Assembly: GCA_945901725.1 (NCBI GenBank)
Contig: CAMDLK010000002.1
Coordinates: 492-64,491, forward strand
Source of the DNA: Bifidobacterium breve
GTDB taxonomy: Bacteria > Actinomycetota > Acidimicrobiia > Acidimicrobiales > Ilumatobacteraceae
DNA length: 64,000 nucleotides
Direction of reading: 5' to 3'
In this document: positions 18,037 to 27,260 of the stretch, piece by piece
Position numbering within the stretch: the stretch's first letter is position 1
Layout of the letters: each line of letters begins with the position of its first letter
The notes under the pieces: generated by a model
Told to the model about the DNA's origin: nothing
What the model saw: the letters and a program-made list of their open reading frames with translations, nothing else
The model's database searches: none
Program-made: the position numbers and the translations under genes

Positions 18037-18972
18037 TTAGCGGACGAAGACGTCGACGGTCAACGCAATGAACAGAAGCGAGATATACGAGATCGAAAAG
18101 GAGAAAAGACGCATCGAAGCGCTTGGACTGTCTGATTTTCCAAGTGCAATTGTGCCCCATAGGAAAGCCACGCCTAACACCAGCGCCGAGATTCCGTAGA
18201 CCCAGCCCATATCACTGACTGGGACCAGAAGTAGCGAGCTCAGAAGCAGGGCGATCGTGTATCGGACCATCGAGGCAATGACCTTTTCGTGGGACACCAC
18301 GGACGGCAACATCGGTACGCCGGCGGCTGTGTAATCGTCATTGTGCTTGATTGCCAGAGCCCAAAAATGAGGTGGGGTCCACAAGAAAATGACCAAGAAA
18401 AGCAACCATGGGGTCCAACTGAGCGAATTAGTGACCGCTGCCCAGCCCACAAGCACAGGAACAGCGCCTGCAGCCCCACCAATCACGATGTTCTGCTTGC
18501 TGGTGCGCTTCAGCCAGAGGGAATAGATGAAGACATAAAAAAGGGTGGCTGAGAGGGCCAAAATGCCTGAAAGTAGGTTAGTTCCGGCCCAAAGGACTAA
18601 AAATGCGACGATTTCGAGTGAAATAGCGAAGATAAGTCCGTTGCGTGGTGAAATTAAGCCAGTAACCAAGGGGCGATTCTTGGTGCGCTCCATCAGGGCG
18701 TCAATATCGCGATCGATGTACATGTTGATGGCGTTTGCGCCGCCGGCAGCAAGGGTGCCGCCCACCATCGTGACCACCATCAGCCAGAGGCTTGGCCAGC
18801 CGTTATTGGCTACGACCATGGTGGGGATCGTTGTGATCAGAAGCAATTCAATAATGCGCGGCTTTGTGAGAGCGATATAGCCCGCAACAACAGTCGTGGG
18901 GATACGCCCAGACTCATGGCCAGGTCGGCGCGTCAGGCGTGACGGGACAAAAGGGCGAACGTTGATAGGCAC
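18037..18972 (-). CDS. ctaB: Protoheme IX farnesyltransferase (heme O synthase)
   Basis: UbiA-family motifs 'NMYIDRDIDALMERTKNRPL' and 'WTPPHFWALA'. Confidence 0.9.
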   Translation of the reverse strand: MPINVRPFVPSRLTRRPGHESGRIPTTVVAGYIALTKPRIIELLLITTIPTMVVANNGWPSLWLMVVTMVGGTLAAGGANAINMYIDRDIDALMERTKNRPLVTGLISPRNGLIFAISLEIVAFLVLWAGTNLLSGILALSATLFYVFIYSLWLKRTSKQNIVIGGAAGAVPVLVGWAAVTNSLSWTPWLLFLVIFLWTPPHFWALAIKHNDDYTAAGVPMLPSVVSHEKVIASMVRYTIALLLSSLLLVPVSDMGWVYGISALVLGVAFLWGTIALGKSDSPSASMRLFSFSISYISLLFIALTVDVFVR

Positions 18973-19030
18973 AGCCCTCCATCGTATTGGTGGGTAGGCA
19001 ACATCGCCTATTCACCAGCAGAATGAATAT

Positions 19031-19351
19031 GTGATTTTCATCGCTCCGTCTGGAAGCCAACAAACTGAAGTGGCAGAGCCCTCCGTTGATATCGCCACGG
19101 ATGAAGTCGTTGACCTCCAGGTCCCCTGGGTGGTCATTGTGTGGAATGACCCCATCAATCTGATGTCGTATGTGTCATTCGTATTGCAGAAACTTTTTGG
19201 ATACTCCAAAGCAAAAGCAGACATTCTGATGATGGATGTTCATGAAAAGGGTCGCGCTGTTGTTTCAAACGGCCCCCGCGAAAAAGCAGAGATCGATGTT
19301 TTTCGACTCCACGAACATGGTTTGTGGGCAACGATGCAGCAAGACACATGA
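19031..19351 (+). CDS. clpS: ATP-dependent Clp protease adaptor ClpS
   Basis: '[44 protein letters not shown]'. Confidence 0.9.
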   Translation: MIFIAPSGSQQTEVAEPSVDIATDEVVDLQVPWVVIVWNDPINLMSYVSFVLQKLFGYSKAKADILMMDVHEKGRAVVSNGPREKAEIDVFRLHEHGLWATMQQDT

Positions 19352-19839
19352 AGCGACGTAAACGCGAAGGGCCGGTTGTTGCTCGAGAGAATGACATGTT
19401 CGAGATCACATTGTCTTCAGACGACAGGTCAACACTGCTGCACTTTGTTGATCAATTGTCTGAAATATTGGCAATGGGACCAGACGATGTACGACTACGT
19501 CGACTATTCCCCACTGCGTATCACGAGAATCCTGAACACGATGCTGAGTATCAGGGCTACATGCGTGACGAACTCACCCAGTCGCGGGCAGCGTCAATTG
19601 CAGTGGTGAAAGAAGTTCTTGAATCAACTGAACTCATCACCGCCGGACAACTTCATGCCTTCATGACAGTCCTGAACAACTTGCGACTCGTGCTTGGGAC
19701 CTTGCTTGACGTGGGCGAAGACGATTTCGAGGACGACATTGACGAAAATGACCCCGCCTTTGGCCAGTGGCAGCTCTATGGCTATTTGGGCTGGCTCCTT
19801 GAATGGACAATCTCTGCCCTCTCAGGTGAGGACAATTGA
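19348..19839 (+). CDS. DUF2017 domain protein (conserved ClpS neighbour in Actinobacteria)
   Basis: The ATG at 19348 overlaps the clpS stop (ATGA). The protein is acidic and helical; the call rests on position and composition. Confidence 0.65.
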   Translation: MKRRKREGPVVARENDMFEITLSSDDRSTLLHFVDQLSEILAMGPDDVRLRRLFPTAYHENPEHDAEYQGYMRDELTQSRAASIAVVKEVLESTELITAGQLHAFMTVLNNLRLVLGTLLDVGEDDFEDDIDENDPAFGQWQLYGYLGWLLEWTISALSGEDN

Positions 19840-19904
19840 TATCGGGGGCGTATTGTTGGGTGGCTCCTGATAGCGTCACATTGCTCTCAACCGGAGTCGT
19901 CCAA

Positions 19905-19977
19905 GCCCCCATCGTCTAGCGGCCTAGGACACCACCCTTTCAAGGTGGCGGCACGGGTTCGAATCCCGTTGGGGGTG
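19905..19977 (+). tRNA. tRNA-Glu (anticodon TTC)
   Basis: Manual cloverleaf: acceptor GCCCCCA/TGGGGGT (G1-U72), anticodon loop CTTTCAA, T-arm ACGGG-TTCGAAT-CCCGT. No encoded CCA. Confidence 0.9.
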
Positions 19978-20002
19978 CAATATAGACCTGTGGTTTCCAC
20001 AA

Positions 20003-20079
20003 GGTCCCGTGGTGAAGCTGGAGTTCACGCCGGCCTGTCAAGCCGGAGGTCGCGGGTTCGAGTCCCGTCGGGACCGCCA
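20003..20079 (+). tRNA. tRNA-Asp (anticodon GTC)
   Basis: Acceptor GGTCCCG/CGGGACC, anticodon stem CCGGC/GCCGG with loop CTGTCAA, T-loop TTCGAGT. CCA is encoded. Confidence 0.9.
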
Positions 20080-20154
20080 TTATTGGCGGTATTTTCCGTC
20101 AATAAGACGGTGGTGAAAGCCACCGTCTGGTTCGGCAATAGCCGGACCGCCAAT

Positions 20155-20230
20155 GGTCGAGTAGCTCAGTTGGCAGAGCACACGCCTGAAAAGCGTGGGG
20201 TCACCGGATCGACGCCGGTCTCGACCACCA
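20155..20230 (+). tRNA. tRNA-Phe (anticodon GAA)
   Basis: Acceptor GGTCGAG/CTCGACC, D-arm GCTC-AGTTGGCA-GAGC, anticodon loop CTGAAAA. CCA is encoded. The T-loop reads ATCGACG (A at position 54). Confidence 0.9.
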
Positions 20231-20248
20231 TTTGAAATAGGTGTTGCG

Positions 20249-21067
20249 TTACAAATCGTTTCGCAAACGCACCAATGCTTCTTGGGCAACTGTTGCCACA
20301 TGTGTTCCGTCTTCGGCAAACACATACCCAAAACTGACACCTCTGTTAGAGGTGTACGAGTGGCAGTTCATTTCGAACAAATGCCATTGGCTGGCATCCA
20401 CATCACGGTGAAACCAAATGGTGTGGTCAAGGCTGGCTGAAAAGAAAGCATCGAATCCGTTGAAGTGCTTTGCAAGTTCCGGAACAGCAAGAACCACAGA
20501 TGCCGTTGGCAAGTCATCTGACAAATAGGCAAGCGCACAGCGATTCAACAATTGATTACCGCCGAAATTTTCCAGCGTTCGGTACCAGGTCATAATGCGG
20601 CCAGCACCATCACGATGATCCGTGAACTTTGTATCGCGTGGCACTGGGCGCTCTTCTACATATTCTGAAAAGGCTTGCGAATACGGAATATCGTCTGGCT
20701 TTGGAATATCCATTGGCATCTTCACTGTCGTGATAGCCGGCGAAATCTCTGGCTTTTGAAAACTTGCTTCAAGATTCAAAATTGCGCCAACAGATTGACG
20801 TGCAACAACACGTCGTGTCACAAAGCTCCTGCCATCGCGAATGCGATCCACTTCATAACGCACCGTTGCAGCATTGTCACCTCGACGAATGAAATAGGCG
20901 CGCAATGAATGCGGAAGGTATTCCGGGTCGACTGTGTGAGCAGCAGCGTTCAGCGCCTGCGTGACAATGTGGCCTCCATATAAACCACCCCACGGATACG
21001 GGTGACCTTCACCCACCAGCACGTCATTTCCGTGCGGTTCTAATTCAAAAAGTTTTGCGAGCGTCAC
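20249..21067 (-). CDS. tesB: Acyl-CoA thioesterase II (TesB family)
   Basis: Double hotdog architecture; 'HSLRAYFIRRGD..VRYEVDRIRDGRSFVTRRV', 272 aa. Confidence 0.85.
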   Translation of the reverse strand: MTLAKLFELEPHGNDVLVGEGHPYPWGGLYGGHIVTQALNAAAHTVDPEYLPHSLRAYFIRRGDNAATVRYEVDRIRDGRSFVTRRVVARQSVGAILNLEASFQKPEISPAITTVKMPMDIPKPDDIPYSQAFSEYVEERPVPRDTKFTDHRDGAGRIMTWYRTLENFGGNQLLNRCALAYLSDDLPTASVVLAVPELAKHFNGFDAFFSASLDHTIWFHRDVDASQWHLFEMNCHSYTSNRGVSFGYVFAEDGTHVATVAQEALVRLRNDL

Positions 21068-21468
21068 TTGATTGAAATGATCACTAGGACTTCATCGGTG
21101 ACATGGCTCTCGAGATCAAAAAGCCCTGCTTTGTCTGCAGTAAACGAGATAACTGCAGATTCACCCTTGGGGGTATCTCCGGTCGATAGATCGTATTCAT
21201 GAAGATGAAATTCATCATCAGCATTCGGATTTGTCAGAGTGATATTCACTTGAGAACCAAGTGCAACTTCTTCAATACGATCGGCGGCAGAGTCAGTTCC
21301 GACAGTGACACTGATTTCGGTTGGACCCGCAACTTTTGCAGAAGGGTCAGCTGCAACAACGGTTGTGTCGGCAGAAAGATTGGCCCCTTCGTCTGCATCA
21401 GTGTCTGAACATGATGCAAGTGATGCCATCAAAAGGAGTGGGGTGACCGCTGCGAAAAGTTTTCTCAT
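21064..21468 (-). CDS. Small lipoprotein, beta-rich with a His motif (function unknown)
   Basis: Signal peptide plus lipobox 'LLMASLASC', and 'DDEFHLHEYD...ESH'. The stop overlaps the tesB GTG start (GTGA). Confidence 0.6.
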   Translation of the reverse strand: MRKLFAAVTPLLLMASLASCSDTDADEGANLSADTTVVAADPSAKVAGPTEISVTVGTDSAADRIEEVALGSQVNITLTNPNADDEFHLHEYDLSTGDTPKGESAVISFTADKAGLFDLESHVTDEVLVIISIK

Positions 21469-21511
21469 GTAACCATCATGCCATTAACGATGGAAAACCA
21501 AGAAGTAGAGA

Positions 21512-22105
21512 TTATGAACCGAATTCAAACCCAAGGTCAGGCGCGGTTAACAACGGCTTGTACTTAATGCCAGCTTCTGCTGCCATTGCTGCACACGTAC
21601 CGCCGCGGTCCACAATCACAGTTATCAGCACAGGAACTGCGCCGAACTCCCACACTGCATCAACCGCTTCAAACAAACTTGTACCTCGGGTCACGGTGTC
21701 CTCAGTAATAACTACTCGGTCACCCGTTTGCAATGCGCCAGCAATTCGGCCAGTGATTCCGTGGTCTTTTGCTTCTTTGCGCACACTGAAGCTCCGTAAA
21801 TTTCGACCCTGCGTAGCACCGACAGCTGCAATTCCGTACGCAACCGGATCAGCGCCCATAGTGAGACCACCAATTGCTGTTGCATCAGCAGGGATTATTT
21901 CAAACGCTGCGTTAGCAACTGCGATCATTCCATCTGGTCGACACATGGTTTGCTTCGTATCAAGAAACCACGTGCTCTTGCGTCCCGACTTCAAAGTGAA
22001 GTCACCCATTTTCAACGAATGTTCAAATACATGGTCACGAAGTTTGGCAAGCACCGGAGACAAAGGTGGCAAACCATCAGGTGTGTGTGGAAATTCTGCA
22101 GACAT
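21512..22105 (-). CDS. pyrE: Orotate phosphoribosyltransferase
   Basis: 'FTLKSGRKSTWFLD' and PRPP-binding loop 'VVITEDTVTRGTS'. Confidence 0.9.
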   Translation of the reverse strand: MSAEFPHTPDGLPPLSPVLAKLRDHVFEHSLKMGDFTLKSGRKSTWFLDTKQTMCRPDGMIAVANAAFEIIPADATAIGGLTMGADPVAYGIAAVGATQGRNLRSFSVRKEAKDHGITGRIAGALQTGDRVVITEDTVTRGTSLFEAVDAVWEFGAVPVLITVIVDRGGTCAAMAAEAGIKYKPLLTAPDLGFEFGS

Positions 22106-22114
22106 CGTGTGATC

Positions 22115-23416
22115 CTATTTCTCTAGTAGCGAATCAATTGCGCGACCGGCATGTCGCAATACGCGAGATAAATCAAAAGCAGAATCTATTTGCTTCGCGC
22201 TTAGCGTTACTTTTGAATCGGCAGCTAAAACCTCGCGCAAGTGAGTTCCAGAGGAAATTGCAGTCGCTGCGGCTGATTGAACAATGCGGTATGCATCATC
22301 TCGAGTCATGCCTGATTCAACAAGCGCAAGTAACACTGACTGTGAGAACACAACTCCATGAAGTGCATTCAAGTTCTTCTGCATGCTCTCAGTATCAACT
22401 TCAAGATTCGACAACAACCGTGCCATGCGTCGAGTCATATACACAGCGAGAGATGCCGAATCCGGCAACACAATGCGTTCAGCGGACGAATGCGAAATGT
22501 CACGTTCATGCCACAGCGGAACGTCTTGCAAGCCAACTTGAGCATTGGCGCGCAGCACACGTGACAAACCGCTGATTGTTTCTGCAGAAATTGGGTTGCG
22601 CTTATGCGGCATCGCGCTTGAACCTTTTTGTCCAGGTGCAAACCCTTCGCGTACTTCGTTCACTTCTGTTCGTTGCAAATGACGAAGTTCAACTGCGATG
22701 GATTCAAGAGTTGTGCCGACAGATGCACATGCATACAAGAACTCAGCGTGACGGTCACGTGCCACTACTTGTGTTGCAGGAACTGGTGTGAGTGACAAAT
22801 GCTGGCCAACACGTGCTTCGACTTCAGGTTCAATATTGGAATAGGTGCCCACAGCACCAGACAACTTGCACACTGCGATTGCATCACGTGCCCGCAAGAT
22901 TCGTTCACGATCACGTTTAACTTGCGCACCCCACAGCGCAACCTTTGCTCCGAACGTTGTTGGCTCTGCATGAACTCCGTGCGTGCGGCCAATCATTGCT
23001 GTGTTGCGGTGAGTGGTCGCCAATGTGGTGATCACATCAAGTAAGTCATTCAAAGAATCGTGAATCAAAGTTGAGGCATCACGCAATGCCCAGCACAAAC
23101 CAGTATCAACCACATCTGTACTAGTAAGTCCGTAGTGAATCCATGAACCAGCTGGGGCTCCAATACTTTCCTGCAAAACGTCAACAAAAGCAGCCACATC
23201 GTGGTTAGTAATGGCTTCGCGAGCTTCCACGCGTGCAACAAATGCTGCATCAATTACTGGGGCTTTACGCCGACATTCCTCAGCAACATTTTTTGGCACA
23301 ACACCTGTAGCGGCTAAGGCATCAGTAACTGCAAGTTCAATCTCGAGCCATCGAGACATCTTTGCTTCTTCGGAAAACAGTGCATCAGTGTCTGGCGTCG
23401 AGTACCGCTTGATCAT
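22115..23416 (-). CDS. purB: Adenylosuccinate lyase
   Basis: Fumarate-lyase signature 'GSSAMPHKRNP', 433 aa. Confidence 0.95.
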   Translation of the reverse strand: MIKRYSTPDTDALFSEEAKMSRWLEIELAVTDALAATGVVPKNVAEECRRKAPVIDAAFVARVEAREAITNHDVAAFVDVLQESIGAPAGSWIHYGLTSTDVVDTGLCWALRDASTLIHDSLNDLLDVITTLATTHRNTAMIGRTHGVHAEPTTFGAKVALWGAQVKRDRERILRARDAIAVCKLSGAVGTYSNIEPEVEARVGQHLSLTPVPATQVVARDRHAEFLYACASVGTTLESIAVELRHLQRTEVNEVREGFAPGQKGSSAMPHKRNPISAETISGLSRVLRANAQVGLQDVPLWHERDISHSSAERIVLPDSASLAVYMTRRMARLLSNLEVDTESMQKNLNALHGVVFSQSVLLALVESGMTRDDAYRIVQSAAATAISSGTHLREVLAADSKVTLSAKQIDSAFDLSRVLRHAGRAIDSLLEK

Positions 23417-24684
23417 TAACGCACCACCATGGCGTCGCGCGATGGGCCGGTGCCAACCATAGAAACTGGAATACCTGTTTCACGTTCAACGATTTTCACA
23501 ATCTGTTGAGCACTTTGTGGCAAATCAGCAAACTTTGTGATTCCCTCTGTGCTTGATTTCCAGCCTGGCAATGTTTCGTACACCGGCACTGCATGCGCCA
23601 ACATGTCAGGGCGGTCTGGGTAATTACGCATCACTGTTCCGTTGATTGTGTACCCAGTGCAGACCTTCACTTCGTCAAAGGTGTCCAAAACATCAAGCTT
23701 GGTCAACGCAATCTCCGTAAGTGAGTTCACGCGCGTGGCATGACGCAACATCACTGTGTCAAGCCAACCAGTACGACGGCGTCGGCCAGTAACTGTTCCA
23801 TATTCGCGGCCAATGTCTACAAGAGCTTCACCAAGCGCATCAGTGAGTTCTGAAGGGAAAGGTCCCATTCCGACGCGGGTTGTGTATGCCTTTGTAATTC
23901 CAACAATGCGATCTATGTGGCGTGGTCCAAGTCCACTTCCAACAGCTGCACCACCTGAAATGGGATTCGATGATGTCACGTACGGGTATGTGCCGTGGTC
24001 AATATCTAGGAACGTTGCTTGTGCGCCTTCCAGCAAAATGTTTTCGCCACGCTCACGAGCATCATGCAACAAGTTCACAGTGTCAGCAACATACGGCGTA
24101 AGGCGTTCTGCATATGCAACAAAAGCAGTGACAACTTCTTCCACGTCGAATGTGTCGCCACCAACATCGCTTACTTCGCGACGCGCAGCAACCGCACGTT
24201 CACGCACGCGCTGTTCGAAACTCTTGATATCGAGAACTTCGCCAACGCGAATACCAGCACGCTTGACCTTGTCAACATATGCAGGCCCGATGCCTTTTAA
24301 GGTTGTGCCGATCTTGCCGTCGCCGCGCGCTGCTTCTAATGCAGCATCCATGGCTTGGTGCCACGGGAAAATCAGATGCGCAAGGCTCGAAACTTTCAAT
24401 CGAGCAGTTGAGATGCCGCGCGATTCAAGAGCGTCGATTTCCTTAAACAATGTTGGCAAGTCAACAACGACTCCATTGCCAATTACTGGGGTCACGGTGT
24501 CATAAAAAACGCCACTTGGAGTGAGCTGTAATGCGTACTTTTGATCACCGATTACGACGGTGTGGCCGGCATTGTGGCCGCCTTGATAGCGAGCAACGAT
24601 CTGATGAGAAGCGGCAAGGAGGTCAATAACTTTGGCTTTGCCCTCGTCGCCCCACTGGGTACCTACAACAACAGTGACGCTCAT
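23416..24684 (-). CDS. purA: Adenylosuccinate synthetase
   Basis: 'GTQWGDEGKAKVID' P-loop and 'GIGPAY', 422 aa. Confidence 0.95.
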   Translation of the reverse strand: MSVTVVVGTQWGDEGKAKVIDLLAASHQIVARYQGGHNAGHTVVIGDQKYALQLTPSGVFYDTVTPVIGNGVVVDLPTLFKEIDALESRGISTARLKVSSLAHLIFPWHQAMDAALEAARGDGKIGTTLKGIGPAYVDKVKRAGIRVGEVLDIKSFEQRVRERAVAARREVSDVGGDTFDVEEVVTAFVAYAERLTPYVADTVNLLHDARERGENILLEGAQATFLDIDHGTYPYVTSSNPISGGAAVGSGLGPRHIDRIVGITKAYTTRVGMGPFPSELTDALGEALVDIGREYGTVTGRRRRTGWLDTVMLRHATRVNSLTEIALTKLDVLDTFDEVKVCTGYTINGTVMRNYPDRPDMLAHAVPVYETLPGWKSSTEGITKFADLPQSAQQIVKIVERETGIPVSMVGTGPSRDAMVVR

Positions 24685-24812
24685 ACACGCTCCTCCTTCG
24701 GAACGTGAATTAACTCTACTTGGTAGGGGCGAAACTCATCCGCTCCCTTTCACCGCCCGCAGGTAGATTTCTCTATGTGACCGCAATCCTTCGCCGCCAG
24801 ACATGGTCGACC

Positions 24813-26105
24813 ATGACCGATGCTCAGAAGGAAGCCCTCTGCCATCGCGGACTCGACGACATCTTCGACGCTGGCCTGCGCACATCCATTGGTGCCCTTA
24901 TTGAAGACGTCCGGGTTCGTGGCGACCAGGCTGTATGCGACGCGCTCCAGAAGTTCGACGGCATCACCCTGACTCCCAGCCAATTACGGGTTTCAGCGCA
25001 AGAAATTGCCGATGCTCGCATTGACCCCGCAGTCGAAAACGCCATTATCGATGCCATCTCTCACCTGCGTGCCTTCAATGAAGAACTGCGCGAGCGGTCA
25101 AGCGACTGGCAGATGGAGCTGGAAAACGGCCTCACCGCTGGCGAGAAGATCACTCCTATCTCAAGTGTTGGCTTGTTCGTTCCAAGCGGCAAAGCCAGTT
25201 ATCCGTCAGTTGCATGCCAACTTGGTGTCCCTGCTGTTGTTGCTGGGGTACAAAACATCGTGCTTGTCGTGCCTCCTATTCCTGGTGGCAACGGCGAGGT
25301 TGACCCTGCAGTATTAGTGGTGTGCCGTCTTCTTGGCATCACCAACGTGTTTCGCATCAATGGTCCTGCGGGAATAGCTGCTCTCGGTTTCGGTACCGAG
25401 ACTATCCCTCGCGTTCGCAAAGTCGTTGGCCCCGGCAGCCCCGCTGTCACTTTGGCTCAAGTAGAAATGCAACGCCACGGTCTTGCAACCATGATGTTGC
25501 TCGGCCCCACCGAAAGCCTCGTTGTTGCAGACCACACCGCACATGTTGGCAAAGTTGCTTCTGACCTTCTTATAGAAGCTGAACACGGCACCGACTCGTC
25601 TGTTGTGTTTGTCTCTACTTCTAAAGAACTCATTGATGCAGTTGAAGCAGAGTTGCAGATTCAACTTGCAGATCTTCCAGATGTTCGCGCGCAAGCTTGT
25701 CGTGCATCACTAGGGCCGAACGGTGGTGCTGTACTTGTGTCAACTCTGAACGAAGCGGTTGAAGTTGTCAACATGTACGCACCTGAACATTGCCAAATTG
25801 CTGTAGATGCCCAGTATGAAGAGCGTGTTGTCGATGCCATCGTCAATGCGGGCGAGATACTTATCGGACAACACACGCCATTCAGCGCAGGCAATTTCAT
25901 CATTGGTGCGCCTGCCTCATTACCTACAAGTGGTTTTGCACACGTGTCTTCAGGCATCACTGTTGAAGCGTTCTTAAAGCGCACAGCAGTTGCTCGTGCA
26001 AATGAACCAGCGCTACGTCGTATGGCAGACAACATCATTGCGTTTGCAGACCATGAAGGTTTCCCTGCACACGGCAATGCAATTCGTCGCCGCTTTTCTT
26101 TGTAA
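24813..26105 (+). CDS. Histidinol dehydrogenase family protein (divergent paralog?)
   Basis: HisD-like 'GPGSPAVT', 'DLLIEAEHGTDSSV', 'APEHCQI' and 'FPAHGNAI', but 'SAGNF' and 'GAPASLPT' where HisD normally has SAGDY / GTNHVLPT. The ATG at 24813 was chosen; the ORF opens at a TTG at 24720. Confidence 0.75.
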   Translation: MTDAQKEALCHRGLDDIFDAGLRTSIGALIEDVRVRGDQAVCDALQKFDGITLTPSQLRVSAQEIADARIDPAVENAIIDAISHLRAFNEELRERSSDWQMELENGLTAGEKITPISSVGLFVPSGKASYPSVACQLGVPAVVAGVQNIVLVVPPIPGGNGEVDPAVLVVCRLLGITNVFRINGPAGIAALGFGTETIPRVRKVVGPGSPAVTLAQVEMQRHGLATMMLLGPTESLVVADHTAHVGKVASDLLIEAEHGTDSSVVFVSTSKELIDAVEAELQIQLADLPDVRAQACRASLGPNGGAVLVSTLNEAVEVVNMYAPEHCQIAVDAQYEERVVDAIVNAGEILIGQHTPFSAGNFIIGAPASLPTSGFAHVSSGITVEAFLKRTAVARANEPALRRMADNIIAFADHEGFPAHGNAIRRRFSL

Positions 26106-27191
26106 CTACGCAGTCTGCGGAAACGCAGAAATAAACGAAATCATGTCGGCGGCTAGTTCGGCTCCAAGGTCTTCCTGAATGAAATGACTAGCCCGGTACA
26201 CCTTGTGTTCGATACCTGGTAACTGAGTACCCGGAATTCCCTCGCGATATTGCTTTCCCATTTCCATATATGTGAAAGGGCAACGGTCTCCCCAAATAGT
26301 CAACACCGGTTTAGTAAATGTGTTGAACACTTCCCACGCAGCATCACCCTTTTCGCGTTCAGGGTCATCAGCCGAAATTGGCACCAACATCGGAAAGCGA
26401 CGCGCGCCGGCGGAGAACTCATGCGAGGGGAACGGGGCGTCGTATGCCGCGAGCGATTCAGGCGACAGTTTTGACAAGCACCAGCCCTGCACAATCTTCG
26501 ACGGAGTTAGTTCCTTCACTTCTTGGGCATACATACGCCATGCAAGGAAATAGAACGCTGGGCCTGCCTCGACAAGTGCATGAACCTTGTCAGCGTTAAT
26601 GCTGTCATCATCATTCACAGTTGCACGCCAATCCATGTTCATCATGTCCTTCATGATCTGAGGATCAAATGGTTGTTGTGCAGTAATAAACGGAACCGCT
26701 GGCCCCGAACGAGGCAGGCCCGTATTTGAAAACACAACGCGTGCAAAACGATCTGGTATTTCTGAAATAACTCGACCACCGATAAGGCCGCCCCAGTCTT
26801 GACCAAAGAAGGTTGCGTTCTGAAGATCTAGCTTCTCTACCAACTCACGGACCCAAGCAACATGGTTGCTATAGGTATAGGCAAGTTCATCTGTTGGTTT
26901 ATCTGAACGGCCAAAACCAATAAGGTCGGGAACAATCACGCGGTAACCGGCACCAACTAACGGTGCCACCATCTTGTGATACAGATACCCCCACATTGGT
27001 TCGCCGTGCAACAAGAACATCGTTTCTTTTGCATCACGTGGACCAGCATCCACATATGCCATTTGCAACCCTGCACCAACTGTTACTTCATGGACAGGCC
27101 AGTCGTAGCCAACCACATTCTTAAAACAGGATTCAGGAGTACGCACCACTTCACCAACAGTGGGGACAATACGGCGTTCAGGCAAGTTCAT
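26106..27191 (-). CDS. Alpha/beta hydrolase, haloalkane dehalogenase (HLD-I/DhlA)-like
   Basis: 'LHGEPMWGYLYHKM', 'PDLIGFGRSDKP', nucleophile elbow 'GQDWGG', and C-terminal 'SHFIQED'. The start could also be at 27242. Confidence 0.7.
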   Translation of the reverse strand: MNLPERRIVPTVGEVVRTPESCFKNVVGYDWPVHEVTVGAGLQMAYVDAGPRDAKETMFLLHGEPMWGYLYHKMVAPLVGAGYRVIVPDLIGFGRSDKPTDELAYTYSNHVAWVRELVEKLDLQNATFFGQDWGGLIGGRVISEIPDRFARVVFSNTGLPRSGPAVPFITAQQPFDPQIMKDMMNMDWRATVNDDDSINADKVHALVEAGPAFYFLAWRMYAQEVKELTPSKIVQGWCLSKLSPESLAAYDAPFPSHEFSAGARRFPMLVPISADDPEREKGDAAWEVFNTFTKPVLTIWGDRCPFTYMEMGKQYREGIPGTQLPGIEHKVYRASHFIQEDLGAELAADMISFISAFPQTA

Positions 27192-27260
27192 TGCCGAAGT
27201 GTAGAAGCATCTGCCATATGGCAATTCACCATGGGATAACACATACCATTCAAAAGGTTT

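Noticed and set aside
19905-21067. tRNA cluster as a possible integration hotspot or genomic-island border
   Set aside because: No integrase, direct repeat of a tRNA 3' end, or foreign-looking genes follow. The next genes (tesB, pyrE, purB, purA) are core metabolism.
23756-24505. 249-aa antisense ORF inside purA, and similar long antisense ORFs (4150..4665, 21558..22112, 59714..60334, 60339..60812, 30708..31160, 36412..36864)
   Set aside because: These are shadow ORFs opposite or out of frame with strongly recognisable housekeeping genes. Their Ser/Arg/Pro/Thr-rich composition is typical of out-of-frame translation.
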